This document shows positions 49,155-61,805 of a DNA stretch of 64,000 bases, in pieces (the stretch's first letter is position 1; every line of letters begins with the position of its first letter). The translations under genes and the position numbers were made by a program. The notes beneath the pieces were generated by a model, which was not told where the DNA came from, searched no databases, and worked only from the letters and a program-made list of their open reading frames with translations. The DNA is taken from the NCBI GenBank assembly GCA_030324005.1, contig JARDVH010000169.1, positions 11,583,852 through 11,647,851 on the forward strand, written 5' to 3'. Origin of the DNA: Negaprion brevirostris (lineage: Eukaryota).

Positions 49155-49684
49155 TTCACATGATTTGCTCTACCCCACCTCGGCCCCGCTTTGTTTTCAT
49201 TACTTAATTTTTTTACTGTTTTCTATGTTTTATTTCTTAATGAGCTTTCTTCATTTTTCCTCCTCCCCACTTCTTCCTTCTCCCTACTCCATCCCCCTTC
49301 CCTTACCTTACCTTTTTCTCCCCCTGCCCCCACACTACCCTTTCCTACATTCTACCTCTGTCCCCATCCCATCACCACCCCCCCATCTCTATCTGGCACA
49401 GTTTACAGCTTCTCTGTTTGGCCATTCACACCCTTTATTCTCTCTGTGGACAGCCATTGGTAGTCTTTTCCCCTGGTTTCTATGGCTATGACTCATCTTT
49501 CAGTCCCTCACCCTGCAGTTTAAATATATCCCACTTTCTATGCTTTTTAGCTTTGACAAAGGGTCACCTGGACTCAGAACGTCAGCTCTTTTCTCGCCTT
49601 ACAGATGCTGCCAGACGTGCTGAGATTTTCCAGCATTTTGCCTTTTGGTTTCAGATTCTAGCATCTGCAATAATTTGCATTTAT
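49155..49684 (+). mobile_element. Penelope-like family B 3' region (pyrimidine-rich spacer, hammerhead motif, terminal segment)
   Basis: C/T-rich tract, then AGCT-TTGACAA-A-GGGTC-ACCTG-GACTC-AGA-ACGT-C-AGCT and ACAGATGCTGCCAGAC..GCTGAGATTTTCCAGCATT. No GIY-YIG is visible for this family here. Confidence 0.65.
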
Positions 49685-49974
49685 CCTGACCTTAATGAAT
49701 GTGACAACTGGAGGTATGTAAATTCACATAACAATTAATTCCTAGCTCTTTAACTACATAATATACAACATAACATTTGTTAACGTTTAAAGTGAATGTT
49801 TTGAATCCAGTATGACTCATCTTTGGAACTGGCAGGGTGTTTGGACAGAAAGAGAAACTGTATTTAAACTGAATTACTGCCTGGGAAAGGCAGTTTAATA
49901 AATAGCAGGTTTATTTGTAAAGTTGGAAATTTGCGAATCCATCCACAATTAAAAAGGATATATCGAAAAGGAGA

Positions 49975-50092
49975 CGAGAGAAACTGGACATGTTCTCTTT
50001 AGAGTAGAAAAACCTTAACATAAATTCAAAGGGCTGGCACAGTCACAATAGGCTGAGTGGTCTTCATCTGTGCTGTAGGATATTATTCTGAT
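49975..50092 (+). mobile_element. Decayed CR1 3' fragment
   Basis: TGTTCTCTTTAGAG and GGCTGAGTGGTCTTCATCTGTGCTGTA. Confidence 0.4.
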
Positions 50093-51080
50093 ATAATCAT
50101 ATATACAGTATGATATCATTGCATTTCATGCATTCAGTGCTCTCAGATAATACAAGTTACTGTTTCTCAGACTTAATTAGTTTTGCCAAATATCCATCAT
50201 TGTGGAACCAATATCATAGATCTCTTTGCAGTGTGTTATTTATGTTTTTCAGTTCTGGCACAGGCAAATGTATTCTGCCATTTATATTTTAGGAAAAAAG
50301 AATATATTGTGAATAAGGGAAAAAATCTGTTTGAAAAGCTCATGTCCAACCATGTCAATGTGCTTGGCATAATCAAATTTTGCAACTTTTAATAGTTATT
50401 TTTATATCAAATTAAACAACATCCTTTTTTTGCACAAGTCTGCCACGATGAATGATTTTGTTAATGCGATATTAATGACAGTGAAGCTAGGCTGTTTTGG
50501 AAGATATGCACAATTATGCTATGTTTTCCTCAGTTCTGGATGAATATATTACCTCTTTTACAGGACATTGATTTCTGGGCCTCTATGATGATGACTACTT
50601 ATTCAAAAAAAACTTAACCTAATGTACAAATAAAATCATTTGAAAATTATTGGGATTGTACAGAGCAATTACTTTGGACTCTGCTGATCAAATCCTCGTG
50701 CGGTAAGTTCAAAGATGGAAAGTATTTAAAGCACTGCAGGGAATGCAGAAGAACTGAATTAGTATCGTTTTCCATCCAATTTTATTCTTTACAGCTGTTT
50801 TTAGAAGATTGTTTTTTGTATTTTACTGTTTTTCTTTGTTGTTTTTCTTTTGCCCTAATTTATGTTTTGTTTGATGATCATTATTCAAGGGCCACTATTT
50901 ACTGTTAGCAGATGAAAAAATGGAGCCTGCTGTTTATTAGACCTGCCATTGCCTACATACTTTCCATAGCTTTCTCGTTGGAAGTTGTTACCTAACTTCA
51001 GCATATCTGCAGTACAATAACATTTAGCCAGTCAGAAAAATGAAACATGAGGTCACAAGTTATAAGATATGTACTTCTGG

Positions 51081-51914
51081 TGTTGCGACGATAGTGTGCC
51101 TTTACGAAATGTATTTTGGTCATGTATCTTGTGCAGGATTTTTTAGCAGGCAGTTCTAAGTATCAGTGTTGTTTTGTCTATGCATGGCAGTCTCTGTTGT
51201 TACTGTAGCAGCATCATTAATCTTAATTGCTAGAATGTTTGTTTTAATCTGGACTAGTGCTGTACTGTTATTTTAGTGTTTTCCCCAGGGCNNNNNNNNN
51301 NNNNNNNNNNNNNNNNNNNNNNNNNNNNNNNNNNNNNNNNNNNNNNNNNNNNNNNNNNNNNNNNNNNNNNNNNNNNNNNNNNNNNNNNNNNTTTAGTGTT
51401 TTCCCCAGGGCTTTTGCAGAGTAGTGCTTGAGTAGGATGATTGACAGAGAATAAATCACGTGACTGGAAGGAGCTAGGCTTATACAGAAAAATTAAGCTC
51501 GGTTGCTGTTTGGAAGCTGTAGAAACAAATAGCCCTTTCTCTCTCTGAAGTCTGGAGACTGGAATCTGCCAGAGGCTGGTTTATTTCTCTGAAGTTCTAC
51601 TGCTTGCAGATATAACCTTCTCTGGAAATTGCTGTATGAGAGTCAGAAGGCAGATGTCTTTCTGTATCTGCCCAGAAATATTAAAAAATTGAAATCTAGC
51701 ATCCATGTTGCAAATCTGGCTTTTCTAATTGATTCTGAAATAGGATTTATTTGTCTATGAGGATATTGCTTACATTGGAATTAAAGAGTCGGAGAGCTGT
51801 TAAAGATTATACTTTGTCGTATTTAAATGTTTTAATTGGTAAAAAAGTTATGCAAATTCTTTTTGTTGTATTCTAACTGTGTTCTTAAATAAAGTTTGTT
51901 TTAGTAAAGGCTTC
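51081..51914 (+). mobile_element. LTR-like sequence (spans a gap)
   Basis: Begins TGTTGCGAC, has AATAAA at 51888, and its 3' part is homologous to 54310-54580. Confidence 0.6.
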
Positions 51915-53640
51915 ACCTTGTATAGCAATATACAGCTTGAACAGACCATTTTCCCAATTTGCAGCTTGGATTATCTGTCTGATGTCATCCAATTTTGGAT
52001 CTTTGTCTGACACTCTCTCAGTCTCCCTCGTTGTCATTGCTCTGGATGTAGCTTCAACTGCCACCACCCCAAAAACGATTTAGCTTCCTCTATAGTAAGG
52101 ATCTATGTATTTCGCCCTGCCTCTGTAGTCATGACCATGGATTAGTGATGTTCATCATTCCAGCAATGTGAACCACCTGTACATGTACTGTCGGAGTCTC
52201 CATTCCTCTCTTTCAATTCTAGGCATTGCTTGGATCTGTGGGAATAAATCATTTCTAATGGCCTGTGATCCATCACTAATCCAAACTCTATGCTGAATAA
52301 GTATGCATCTTTCACATACCCACACCAATCCTAGGGCCTCTTTCTCCAACTGGGACTATCCCCTCTCCACATCTGTTAGAGACCTGCTCACTTAAATGAT
52401 GATTCTTGGGCCTTCAGCATGCATTGCACCAGCTCTGCTCATAATTCTACTGGACTAGCATCTGCTATGATTTTTGTTGGTGCATTTGGTTCATAGTATC
52501 CCAGGGTTTGAGCACTTGTCAAGCTGTCTTTCAATGCTTTGAAGGAAGTTTTCTGTTCTTCATCAAATATGAACTGTTTATTCTTTCTGGTCGACTTCCT
52601 CAATGGATCAGTCGGGGAGCAAAGTTTGGGCTATAACTCAGAAGTCACAGAACACTTCTCATTTTGCTGGCATTTAGTGGTTTATCGGTCTTTGCTATTA
52701 CTTCTATCTTGCCTTCGGCTGGATTAGTTCCACTGCTTGTGAATTTATGTCCCATTAACATTAGCTCCATGACACCCAGCCAGCACTTGTATATGCTTCT
52801 GGTTGCAATCTAACTGGCCTTGGTCTTTGCCTGAACTTTCCTTATCAGACCAAATGTTTTGCATAGAGGCTCAGCGACAAGCTTCATGTTTGATCAATGG
52901 TTAATCTTGGTGGTTGTGTAACTTTCCAATTCCTTGAAATACTGGTCCAAACTCATTTCCAAGTTTCGTATCATTTTGCACAGAATTCACTTCCAATAGC
53001 ACTGCCAAGCTTTGGGCAGTTTCTCTGATAGAAGATGCTCACCATCTTACTCAGTTACTATAAATTCTACCTCTTCATTCTGCTCCCCAGCTCTCACTAC
53101 CACAACGAAGCATCCAACAGTTTGAACTGGGGTTTTCAATAAGTAAGCTTTTTGACACATTTTTGAGATGTTCATTTGATTCTCTTTGTCTTCAGTTCTG
53201 CCTACAGTGCTCTATCAATGATATTAGTGTTACTGCCTGTAGCTATCATAATACTCACTTCCACACTACCGACAATCTATGGAACATTCTCATAGTTACT
53301 CCTATTGACAGGAAACGTGTATCCCTGATTGTTATTTGTGTCTTCACTCCCTGTATCTTGTTCAACTTGTCTCATGGTTGTACCATTTTTGCTCTTTTTC
53401 CTTTAAGTGGTTTGCTAGGCTTCTCACTCTGTTCAGCCATTCTTCTCCACTTCTTGTAAAAATGGTCTTTTCCCCTACATTTTCTGGATATATTTCCCTT
53501 GCCAGGACACCAAGTATCCTTCCATACTGCTACAGGTTGCCACATCTGAAACACTGTCTCTAACTTTTACTGTTTACATTTACATGTACCTAGATTCTGT
53601 TGCGCCACTTTATTAACCAATGGCAGAGGTGGAACCAAGT
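51915..53640 (-). mobile_element. Gypsy gag-pol internal fragments (CCHC knuckle, RNase H, linker to integrase)
   Basis: CFRCG zinc-knuckle start at about 53550, KIIADASPV, SQLEKEALGLVWVCER and ERVSDKDPKLDDIRQII. Confidence 0.85.
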
Positions 53641-53666
53641 TTCATTCTGTATAATTGTCCAACTAC

Positions 53667-53870
53667 TCCGGTTTCCTCCCAACCCCAAAGATGTGCTATC
53701 AGGCTGATTGGCGTAACAAATTGTCCCTAAATTAGTCTTCCCTCAATGTGGAATGCCATAAGCATAGACAAGGGTCATGGGTGGAGGGGGTACTCATAAT
53801 GTTAAAATGGTGGCGTGGGCTCGTTGGGCCGAAGGGCCTGTTTCCTGGGCTGTTTTGTTCTTTGTTCTAC
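53667..53870 (+). mobile_element. 5'-truncated V-SINE with a variant CR1-type tail
   Basis: TCCGGTTTCCTCCC..CCAAAGATGTGC..GGGCCGAAGGGCCTGTTTCC..TTGTTCTTTGTTCT. Confidence 0.7.
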
Positions 53871-54084
53871 TATGATAATACTGTGCATTTCGGAAGTGTA
53901 TTTACATCATGTTTCTTATGAGGGGCGTTCAACTCTGGTTTACTTCTAGAGAGGGATACAGAGCGACACTCAAACAGTAGCCTCCAGGGAGAAGGGGAAA
54001 GAAATACTTCTTCCTTCTTTCAGGATGCTGATCTGTCTAGAAATCAGGTAGCTCCATGCTGAGAATTTAAGAAAACAGTTGATC

Positions 54085-54684
54085 ATAGATAATGGGGTGT
54101 GTGTTTTCACCTTAATGCATTTCTGTTTATTTTTGTTTTTTCCATGGAGTTTCAGAGTGGGGGTTAATTAGATTTATTGTTAAGAAACAGAGTTCTATGA
54201 ATGGGTGGAAGGGAAATTTGCAGGAAAAAAAGATTTAGTTTCTGCTTAATCCTCAATGAAGAAAGAGGTATTTATTTCTCTCTTTCTCTCTCTGCAGGCT
54301 TGCTGTTTGCGTGTCAGAAGACAGATATCTATATCTCTCTCCAAAAGTGTTAAAGGCCCTAGGACTGTTAACAAGTAAAACACATAAGCATGTATTAATT
54401 GCTAACTGTTTTGAAGAGGAATTTAAGTCTATGAGGAATGATGCTTAAATTGGAACTAATAGAGATAGAGTAGCAGTTAAGAATTGTATCTTGTCATGTT
54501 TAAGTACTTCAATTGATAAACATTAAGCTAATTCATTTGCTGTACTTAAACTGCATGTTTGTTTTGATGAAAAGCTTCCAAGTATGTCAATAGGATCGTA
54601 CCTTATCTTTACCTTCAATGCTAATGTCAAGATATCAAAAAAAAATTGGGGTCTAACTTCTGATTTCCATTTCTGATCTTGTCA
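54085..54684 (+). mobile_element. LTR-like sequence related to 51081-51914
   Basis: Shares GTCAGAAG.CAGAT, GTCTATGAGGA..TGCTTA.ATTGGAA and GTTTGTTTT..AA.GCTTC. Confidence 0.55.
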
Positions 54685-55597
54685 TTAAAACTACTGATTC
54701 CAATACTGCTGCTATTTTCAAAATTAATATTAAGTCACCTTTTTTCAGCAGATTATGCCTCACCTTATCCTATTTGCAATGTTTGACCCTCTAATCTATA
54801 ATCTGTTTATTCAAATCAATTGCAACATAATTGCATCTGTCTGATGACACCTTCCTCAAAGGGGTCCAACTGAGGCTAATGTTTACACCCCTTCTTTGTG
54901 ACTCATTTGTCAGAAAATGTCTTTGGAATGCGGCAGTTAGCATCACCATATCACGATCCTTCTAAATTTTCACTACACGTTCATACTCTGCCTTTTTTCC
55001 CAATGTCTTGGGCAATGTCTTGAAAGTCTTCCTCATCAAAGCACCTATTGAAAACAGTAAGGTCAACAATAAGGCGCTTTCTGTGCCATAGTTTTCCTGT
55101 TCAAAAACAGAACGTGAATGTCAGCATTTGCTTCAAACTCCTCCAGAACACTTTACATTTCATGTTGAGGCTACAGGTATCACCCATCAGATCAAATAGC
55201 CTAATTCTCTGGATTGCAGCTATATTAGTTCTAGCGAATGCCATGACACAATCCTATGTTTCTTTTTATTTATCTCCTGCTGCCAATGTCACATCTCTGG
55301 CTGAAGGACCAACACTCAAAGTCATAGGTTTAACTGCAAGAACAACACAATTTAATCTGCCATGCTGGCTAACTCATTAACATGTGCTATCTGACCTTCC
55401 GACTTCCACAGGTCAGGTGTCCCCATATGCAGTGTATCTTCTGCTATCTTATCCGAGTAGTATCTAATATTAAAGTACGCACCATCAGCTGTCATCATGA
55501 CACAGCACATCTCAATAAGGATGGTATGAATAAAGCTTGCACCTTTGAAAGTTGCCTAACTGTGATTGTGTTGGATGCAATGTCCACTATGTTTTTT

Positions 55598-55895
55598 ATG
55601 TTTATTTATGAGTGACACATGTAAGCTTGCATTAACACTGCAATGAAGTTACTGTGAAGATCCCCTAATCACCACACCCCAGTGAATGTTTGGGTACATG
55701 GCGGGAGAATTTAGCATGGTCAGTGCACCTAATCAGCATGTTTTTGGACTGTGGGAGGAAACTGGAGCAACTGGAGGAAACCCACGGAAACACGAGAAGA
55801 ATGTACAGACTCCACACAGTCACCCAAGATGGGAATCAAACCCGGGTTCCTGGAGCTGTGAGGTAGCAGTGCTAACCAATATGCCACCATACCAC
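55598..55895 (-). mobile_element. HE1-headed SINE with the alternative tail
   Basis: CATTAACACTGCAATGAAGTTACTGTGAAGATCCCCTA tail plus an HE1 V-domain and head. Confidence 0.85.
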
Positions 55896-56461
55896 TAGAA
55901 AAAAGCAGGGCTGGATTCTCCACAGAATGGAGAGGGAGGGTGGGTGTGTGGCATTTAACCTACCCATTCCCACCTTGGGTCATTAGATGGCAGACTTGTC
56001 TCCAGGCCAATTAAGCCCCCAGACTTCAGAAGCTCCCATTTCTTAACAGTGTAAGGTTCCCTGACGTTGACTGAGTTCTAGGGAGAAGACAGAAAAGCAA
56101 CAGACAATGATTTTGATGCAACATGGTAACAGAATATATTAAGTAAATTATTAAACAGAAATACTTAACTGTCAGCAGTAATAGACAAGCTGCTTTTGAG
56201 TTTTGCCCCTTGACATTGCCTGGACGTATGTGATGCTGTACTTGGTTTTCTTCAATGTCTTCTCTGCTTGGGCTCCCTCTCCTGCGATGCTGTATCTGTG
56301 TGTCTCATGGTCCCAACTGTTATGTGCCCTACAGGCTGTCTACAAGGAGTCCTGCACATCATCCCCTGCTAAATGTGACCTGGTTGCCTGGCCATCTCAC
56401 ACCTGACTTGCTGGCTCTATTTTTATGCCATTTAATAACCATGTGGCTGCATGTGACTTCT

Positions 56462-56883
56462 CATAGAATCACAGAATCCCTACATCAGAAGGAGGTCATT
56501 CGGCCCATTGAGTCTACACTGACCACAATCCCACTAAGGCCCCATCCCCAAAGCCCCATGCATTTTTCCTAGCTAGTCCCCCAACACTGAGGGGCAATTT
56601 AGCATGGTCAATCCACCTAACCCACACATCTTTGGAAGGAAACCAGAACACACAGAGGAAACCCATTCAGATACGGGGAGGATGTGCAAACTCNNNNNNN
56701 NNNNNNNNNNNNNNNNNNNNNNNNNNNNNNNNNNNNNNNNNNNNNNNNNNNNNNNNNNNNNNNNNNNNNNNNNNNNNNNNNNNNNNNNNNNNNCCACACA
56801 GACAGCGACCCAAGGCTGGGATTGAACCTGGGTTCCTGGCACTGTGAGGCAGCAGTGCTAACCACCGCACCACTGTGTTGCCC
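56462..56883 (-). mobile_element. HE1-type V-SINE (spans a gap)
   Basis: CATAGAATCACAGAATCCCTAC tail to GGCAGCAGTGCTAACCAC head. Confidence 0.9.
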
Positions 56884-57955
56884 AACCAGAAGGAGCAGCT
56901 CTCTGAAAAGGGTGCTTCATAAAAAATTTTAACTCTATAGCTCTGTCCCAGCTGTAAACAGTATCGTCAAACAGTATTTAAATTTAGAACTTTTCCAAAA
57001 AAATACAAGCAATATAGTAATCTTAATTTCTTACAGCAGGCTAGTGATTTAGAATTGAACTCAGCTCCCAATTCCCATCTTCGAGGTGCATAATCTTTGA
57101 ACCTATTATTGTCCCTGACACTTAACCTAAATCCCCAATTACAACAGTGTGACTGTAAGAAATGGGTTGGAGGATTGTAGGGGGTGGGGTATAAGGAAGT
57201 GCCAATAGATCTGTCATGTTACCATATGGCTAAATATGGATGTAACAAGGATTTGATCATTTCTAGAAAAGTAAATCATGGATTAATGTTGGGAAAATAA
57301 CTCGTGAGCCTCAAGGGCACTCTAACTCACCGATGGCTTTTTCCTCTGCGATAAAATTTGTTTGGATCATACGCTGAAAGGATAGACTGCTGGCTTTTTG
57401 GGAAATGCAAGAATAGATTGTCGAAACAGTGTACAATGCACGGCTGCAGGCTCTGAAAGGATTGTTCCAGAGTGCAGAAAGGCAGAGAGAGAGAGGGAAA
57501 GAGTGTGGGTACAAAGCAGACTTTTAGGAGTGCTGATGTTATTCATATACAGAAATTATAATTCATATATAGAAATGATAATTGTGACTGCTTTTTTTAT
57601 CGTTAGTGAGTACTTCAGCAGTCAGCAACAATGTGACANNNNNNNNNNACACTTGGTGGTGTACAAATGTCAAAAAATAGACATGGTTGAAATTCAAACC
57701 ACCATAAATAAATGGCTTCTTTCCAAGTACAATAAGTTGGAAAAATATTTCTTGTTCCAAAGGGATAAAAGCCATACACATGTCAAAAACCATTATAACA
57801 ACTCATCAGAAATGTTTCTGTCAATGTAGGACGAGTAGATAAATGTGTGGTAATATTCTGTGTAAAAGGCTTGTCATTGAGTAATATCATATACTTTGTT
57901 AATTGCTTCTACCATTCAGGAAATCTACGGTGATTATAGAAGAGTCGTGGACATT

Positions 57956-59073
57956 GGGGGGTTCTCTGCCCTCACTGTGCCTGGTCCAAATTGTGCCAAA
58001 AGGATGTGAGGCTGATTAGCATATTTAAAGTAGTATTTAAATATGCATTGTCCATTTGATTCCCATTNNNNNNNNNNNNNNNNNNNNNNNNNNNNNNNNN
58101 NNNNNNNNNNNNNNNNNNNNNNNNNNNNNNNNNNNNNNNNNNNNNNNNNNNNNNNNNNNNNNNNNNNAGCATATTTAAAGTAGTATTTAAATATGCATTG
58201 TCCATTTGATTCCCATTGCGCAGAATTCTCCAGCCATCGGGTGCAGGGCAAAAGTGGTGAGAATCACTACTGGTCTCCACCAACTGAGCTCTGGCTAGAT
58301 GGTCACACTGGGGGTATCAGAGCTCACTGAAGCCCCCGTGTGGTCGGTGGCATTGCTGAGCATTGTATATCAAGAAGTGTCCACCTGACAGGTCCCACCT
58401 GGCATAATAGTGGGGCCATGAGATACCCTGGCAGTGGCCAACAGACATCCCAGGATGCTAGTTGGGCACCTCCAATGGGCCAGGGGCAGTGCGAGCGTGG
58501 GTGCTGAGTGAGAGTTATGATGGTGGGGGGAGTTTGGTGGCTATGTAGTTGTGGATCATTTCATTGGTCATGATGAGAATAGGCATGTTGGAGGTCAGGC
58601 AAGGGCCATGTCAGGAAAGCCCTGATGCCCCAATGCTGGTGACCTATGCCAGGGTGAGAGTGGGGAACAAGCCACCGAATGGGGGGTGTGTTCCAATGTC
58701 CATGGGGGTAGGAGGGGGCCTCCCAAAGTATTGTGAAATAGGGTACCCTTGCAGTCTGAAGCCAAGCTCACCGGTGTGTTTAGGCCAGTCCTCAGTACTG
58801 GCGCAAAACTCTCAACTCTCCAAAAAAGTGACTAACTGGGGGTGTGGAGCGCATCTGAGCGACAGGTGATGATCACTCCATTATTCTCACCATTATGACA
58901 TTAGGGGTGGGATTCTCCAGCATGCCCCAAGACTGGAATGGTCTGCTGGACTTTGTCTCGCCCGCTACAACTCCCCTGACATGCCTTCTCATCCAGGTCC
59001 CTGACGTGATCCACCCCTACATAGCAGGTGCGACAGGAAAATGTGTCCATAGTTTTTCTGAGAGAATTCTGCC
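57956..59073. mobile_element. GC-rich non-autonomous Harbinger-like element(s)
   Basis: Ends GGGGGGTTCTCT... and ...GAGAATTCTGCC, internal GGGGTGGGATTCTCC, and the palindrome GCATATTTAAA-N6-TTTAAATATGC. Confidence 0.4.
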
Positions 59074-61360
59074 ATTGTCATGCAGCGATGATAATGAGTA
59101 TACTATTGTTAATTTTATGTTGTCTTATTTTAGCAAAAACAAAAGATCAAAATTAAAAAATATATAGGTTGTCTGAAAGCAATTTTAAAGCTACTGTTTG
59201 AAGAGCATCGATAGTGGTTAATTTTTAGGTCTGGTTTTATGAACTGCACTGTTAATAAGGTGTTTAACCAGCAGTCGGGGACATTTGCCCTTGATTTTCC
59301 AACCATTTTTGTATGGCAACAAACCTACTCATGATATTGGAGTCATGTTAGTCTTACACTGTGCACTTATTTAGACATCAATGTAAAGCCAATGGATTGT
59401 GACATAAACAACATCTAGCAATCTAAAGGTTAATATTGCATGTTGTAGTGGAATCAATAAGTTAAGAATTTTGTTTTTAGGTTTTCCACAATATTCATAT
59501 GTGCAAGTGTTGTTAAACATATTTAGTATTCAAAACAAAATTGTTGTCCCTTCCTTCAGTAGTGGTATTGTATTAACATTAAGTGCCAGCAAACATCAAA
59601 CACTTGTTAATAGTTGAATATAAATATATTCACATTTTTAAAATTTGTGGATAATACTAGATTGAAAGTTTTTTTCCCATCTTTGTTATAAGTTGTTCTT
59701 TCTTCATTTCCTAAAGTTGCTGATTCATGCTGAGATATAATTTTATTACTGCTGGATTTGGTAATTCACCTTATGTGGACATTCTTCAAGGATAAGTCTT
59801 AACAGAAGCAAGACATGTGAGACCAAACGTAGCACCCACTGCTGCTAATTGACTGCAATTAGTTATCTGGATCAGATCAGGAGTCAAACAGGAGACCTTC
59901 CTGATTGAGCAGGGTACATTTACTCACAAGTTTATCCTCATTTCTGAAACTTTAGGTTCATGGCAAGCAACATTTCTTTGCCAAAGACTGATAACAATGG
60001 CAATGAGTAAGTTTGATACTCAATGTTTGATTTCCAGAACAATTGATATATCACTTGTTGCATTGCACTAGTCCTTTCATAATACTAAAGGAATATATCC
60101 ATCATTCATGATTAAAAGCCTGGCTTATTAATGAAATTTGAAGTTTAAGACCTCGCACTGGATGCTGGAATTGTAGCCACTTGATTCCAGATAACTCTGC
60201 AAGGGCAGGTTGGGTCTCATTGGCAGGGGGCAGGAAGCTCACCAGTGTTCTGTGCTAATAGGCTTGAGGTATTTTTAAATACTTACGTTACCCCTATGCA
60301 TACTAGGGCATCCCAAGCTGAACTTAAGCTGTCTGGTTGTAAGTAAATAGGATGTGCTCCTATGAAGGCTTTGCGTTCCATGTTGAGCAAAGTGAAATTC
60401 TACCTGTGTGAATTTCTTAGAGACTTACTTCAGATATATTTAAGCACAATGATCGTTTTCCATGCCACATTCACGTCTCTCCTGCTCTTTAGGTTTATCT
60501 GAGACTTCACTAAACTTTTAGTGTTACTCTTGAGGAGCTTATGGGCAGCTCAACACCTTCTTTGGTAATATATCTATGAATGGGAGTATTATGGGTGACA
60601 GTTGGGGGTATAAATCTATATTCTATAAGCTCAAAATAGAATGGGATCAATTTTAAATTGAATACCCCCGGAGTTAAATGGGATAGTCATTGCCTGATNN
60701 NNNNNNNNNNNNNNNNNNNNNNNNNNNNNNNNNNNNNNNNNNNNNNNNNNNNNNNNNNNNNNNNNNNNNNNNNNNNNNNNNNNNNNNNNNNNNNNNNNTT
60801 ACTGCCCATCTATGTTTAATTTGCTGCCATCCCCTGAGACGGATGGCTGGACAGCCCACTCAGGTGGGAGGTGACTTGTACTAAGCTAACTCTATGTTTG
60901 AGCACCAAATTCTAAGTTTTTCTTGCAAAAAAGTTCAGTAATCCTACAGATTCTGTGTATTAAAACATTTGTTTTAATTGAGATGTCAGGTTGAAGTTCT
61001 CCATTTTTACCTCTGCCATTCAAGATGGGCATAGATAATGTTTACATTCCTGTCTGTTAATCTGTTTGTCTGTAAACAATATGTCAAACTAAAGGACAGA
61101 TTTCAGATATCCTGGAATCTTAGTATTTTGCCTATGCCTAATTACAGGAATCTAACTATTAATATTAACTCTATGATGTGAATATAGTCCATGTATGCCA
61201 TTGGCCTTCGGAAATTTTCTGCAAAGTCTATATTATTATTAAATAATTTAATATTATTAAAGAATAAACTCTCTTATAACTCACCTCCTTTTAATGTTAA
61301 TGCAAGTAATTGTATAACTAGATAGAAGAAATTTCTTCTTCATTTATTCCTATGGCAGAT

Positions 61361-61805
61361 TGTCAACTGTGGTTCAGTGATTTGTAGTTTTGTGTTGGAG
61401 TTAGATGGCTATGGGTTCAAGTTCCATTCCAGATCTTTAAGCACAAAATTAAGGGACGCACTCCAGTGTAGTACTGAGGGAATGGTGCACCGTCAGAAAT
61501 ACTGGCTTTCAGATGGGATGGTCCTGTCTACTCATCCAAGTGTATGTGAAAGTTTCCCTGGCACTGTTTTGAAGAAGAGTAGGGGAATTATCCTCAGCAT
61601 GCAAGCCATTATGTATCCTTCAACTGACAAATCATTGCCACGTTAACACAGTCATTACCACATTGCTGTTTGTGGCAGTTCACTGTGTGTAAATTACCTG
61701 CTGTACTTCCTACTTTACAACAGCTACTACACCACAAAAGAACTTCATTGATTGAAAAGTGCTTTGGAACATCCAATGGTGGTCAAAGGTGCTATCTTTT
61801 CTTTT
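61361..61805 (+). mobile_element. SacSINE1-like Deu-SINE
   Basis: TGTCAACTGTGGTTCAGT head, GGGTTCAAGTTCC, GTACTGAGGGA, CATTGCTGTTTGTGG and AAGTGCTTTGGAAC..AAAGGTGCTAT tail. Confidence 0.8.

Noticed and set aside
49012-49491. 159-aa ORF rich in P, L, S and F
   Set aside because: It results from a stop-poor pyrimidine tract in a repeat.
57331-57370. MIQT start resembling ERG
   Set aside because: Similarity stops after four residues.
57398-57829. 143-aa plus-strand ORF, and other ORFs containing X runs
   Set aside because: They read through N-gaps, some have a non-ATG start, and there is no homology.
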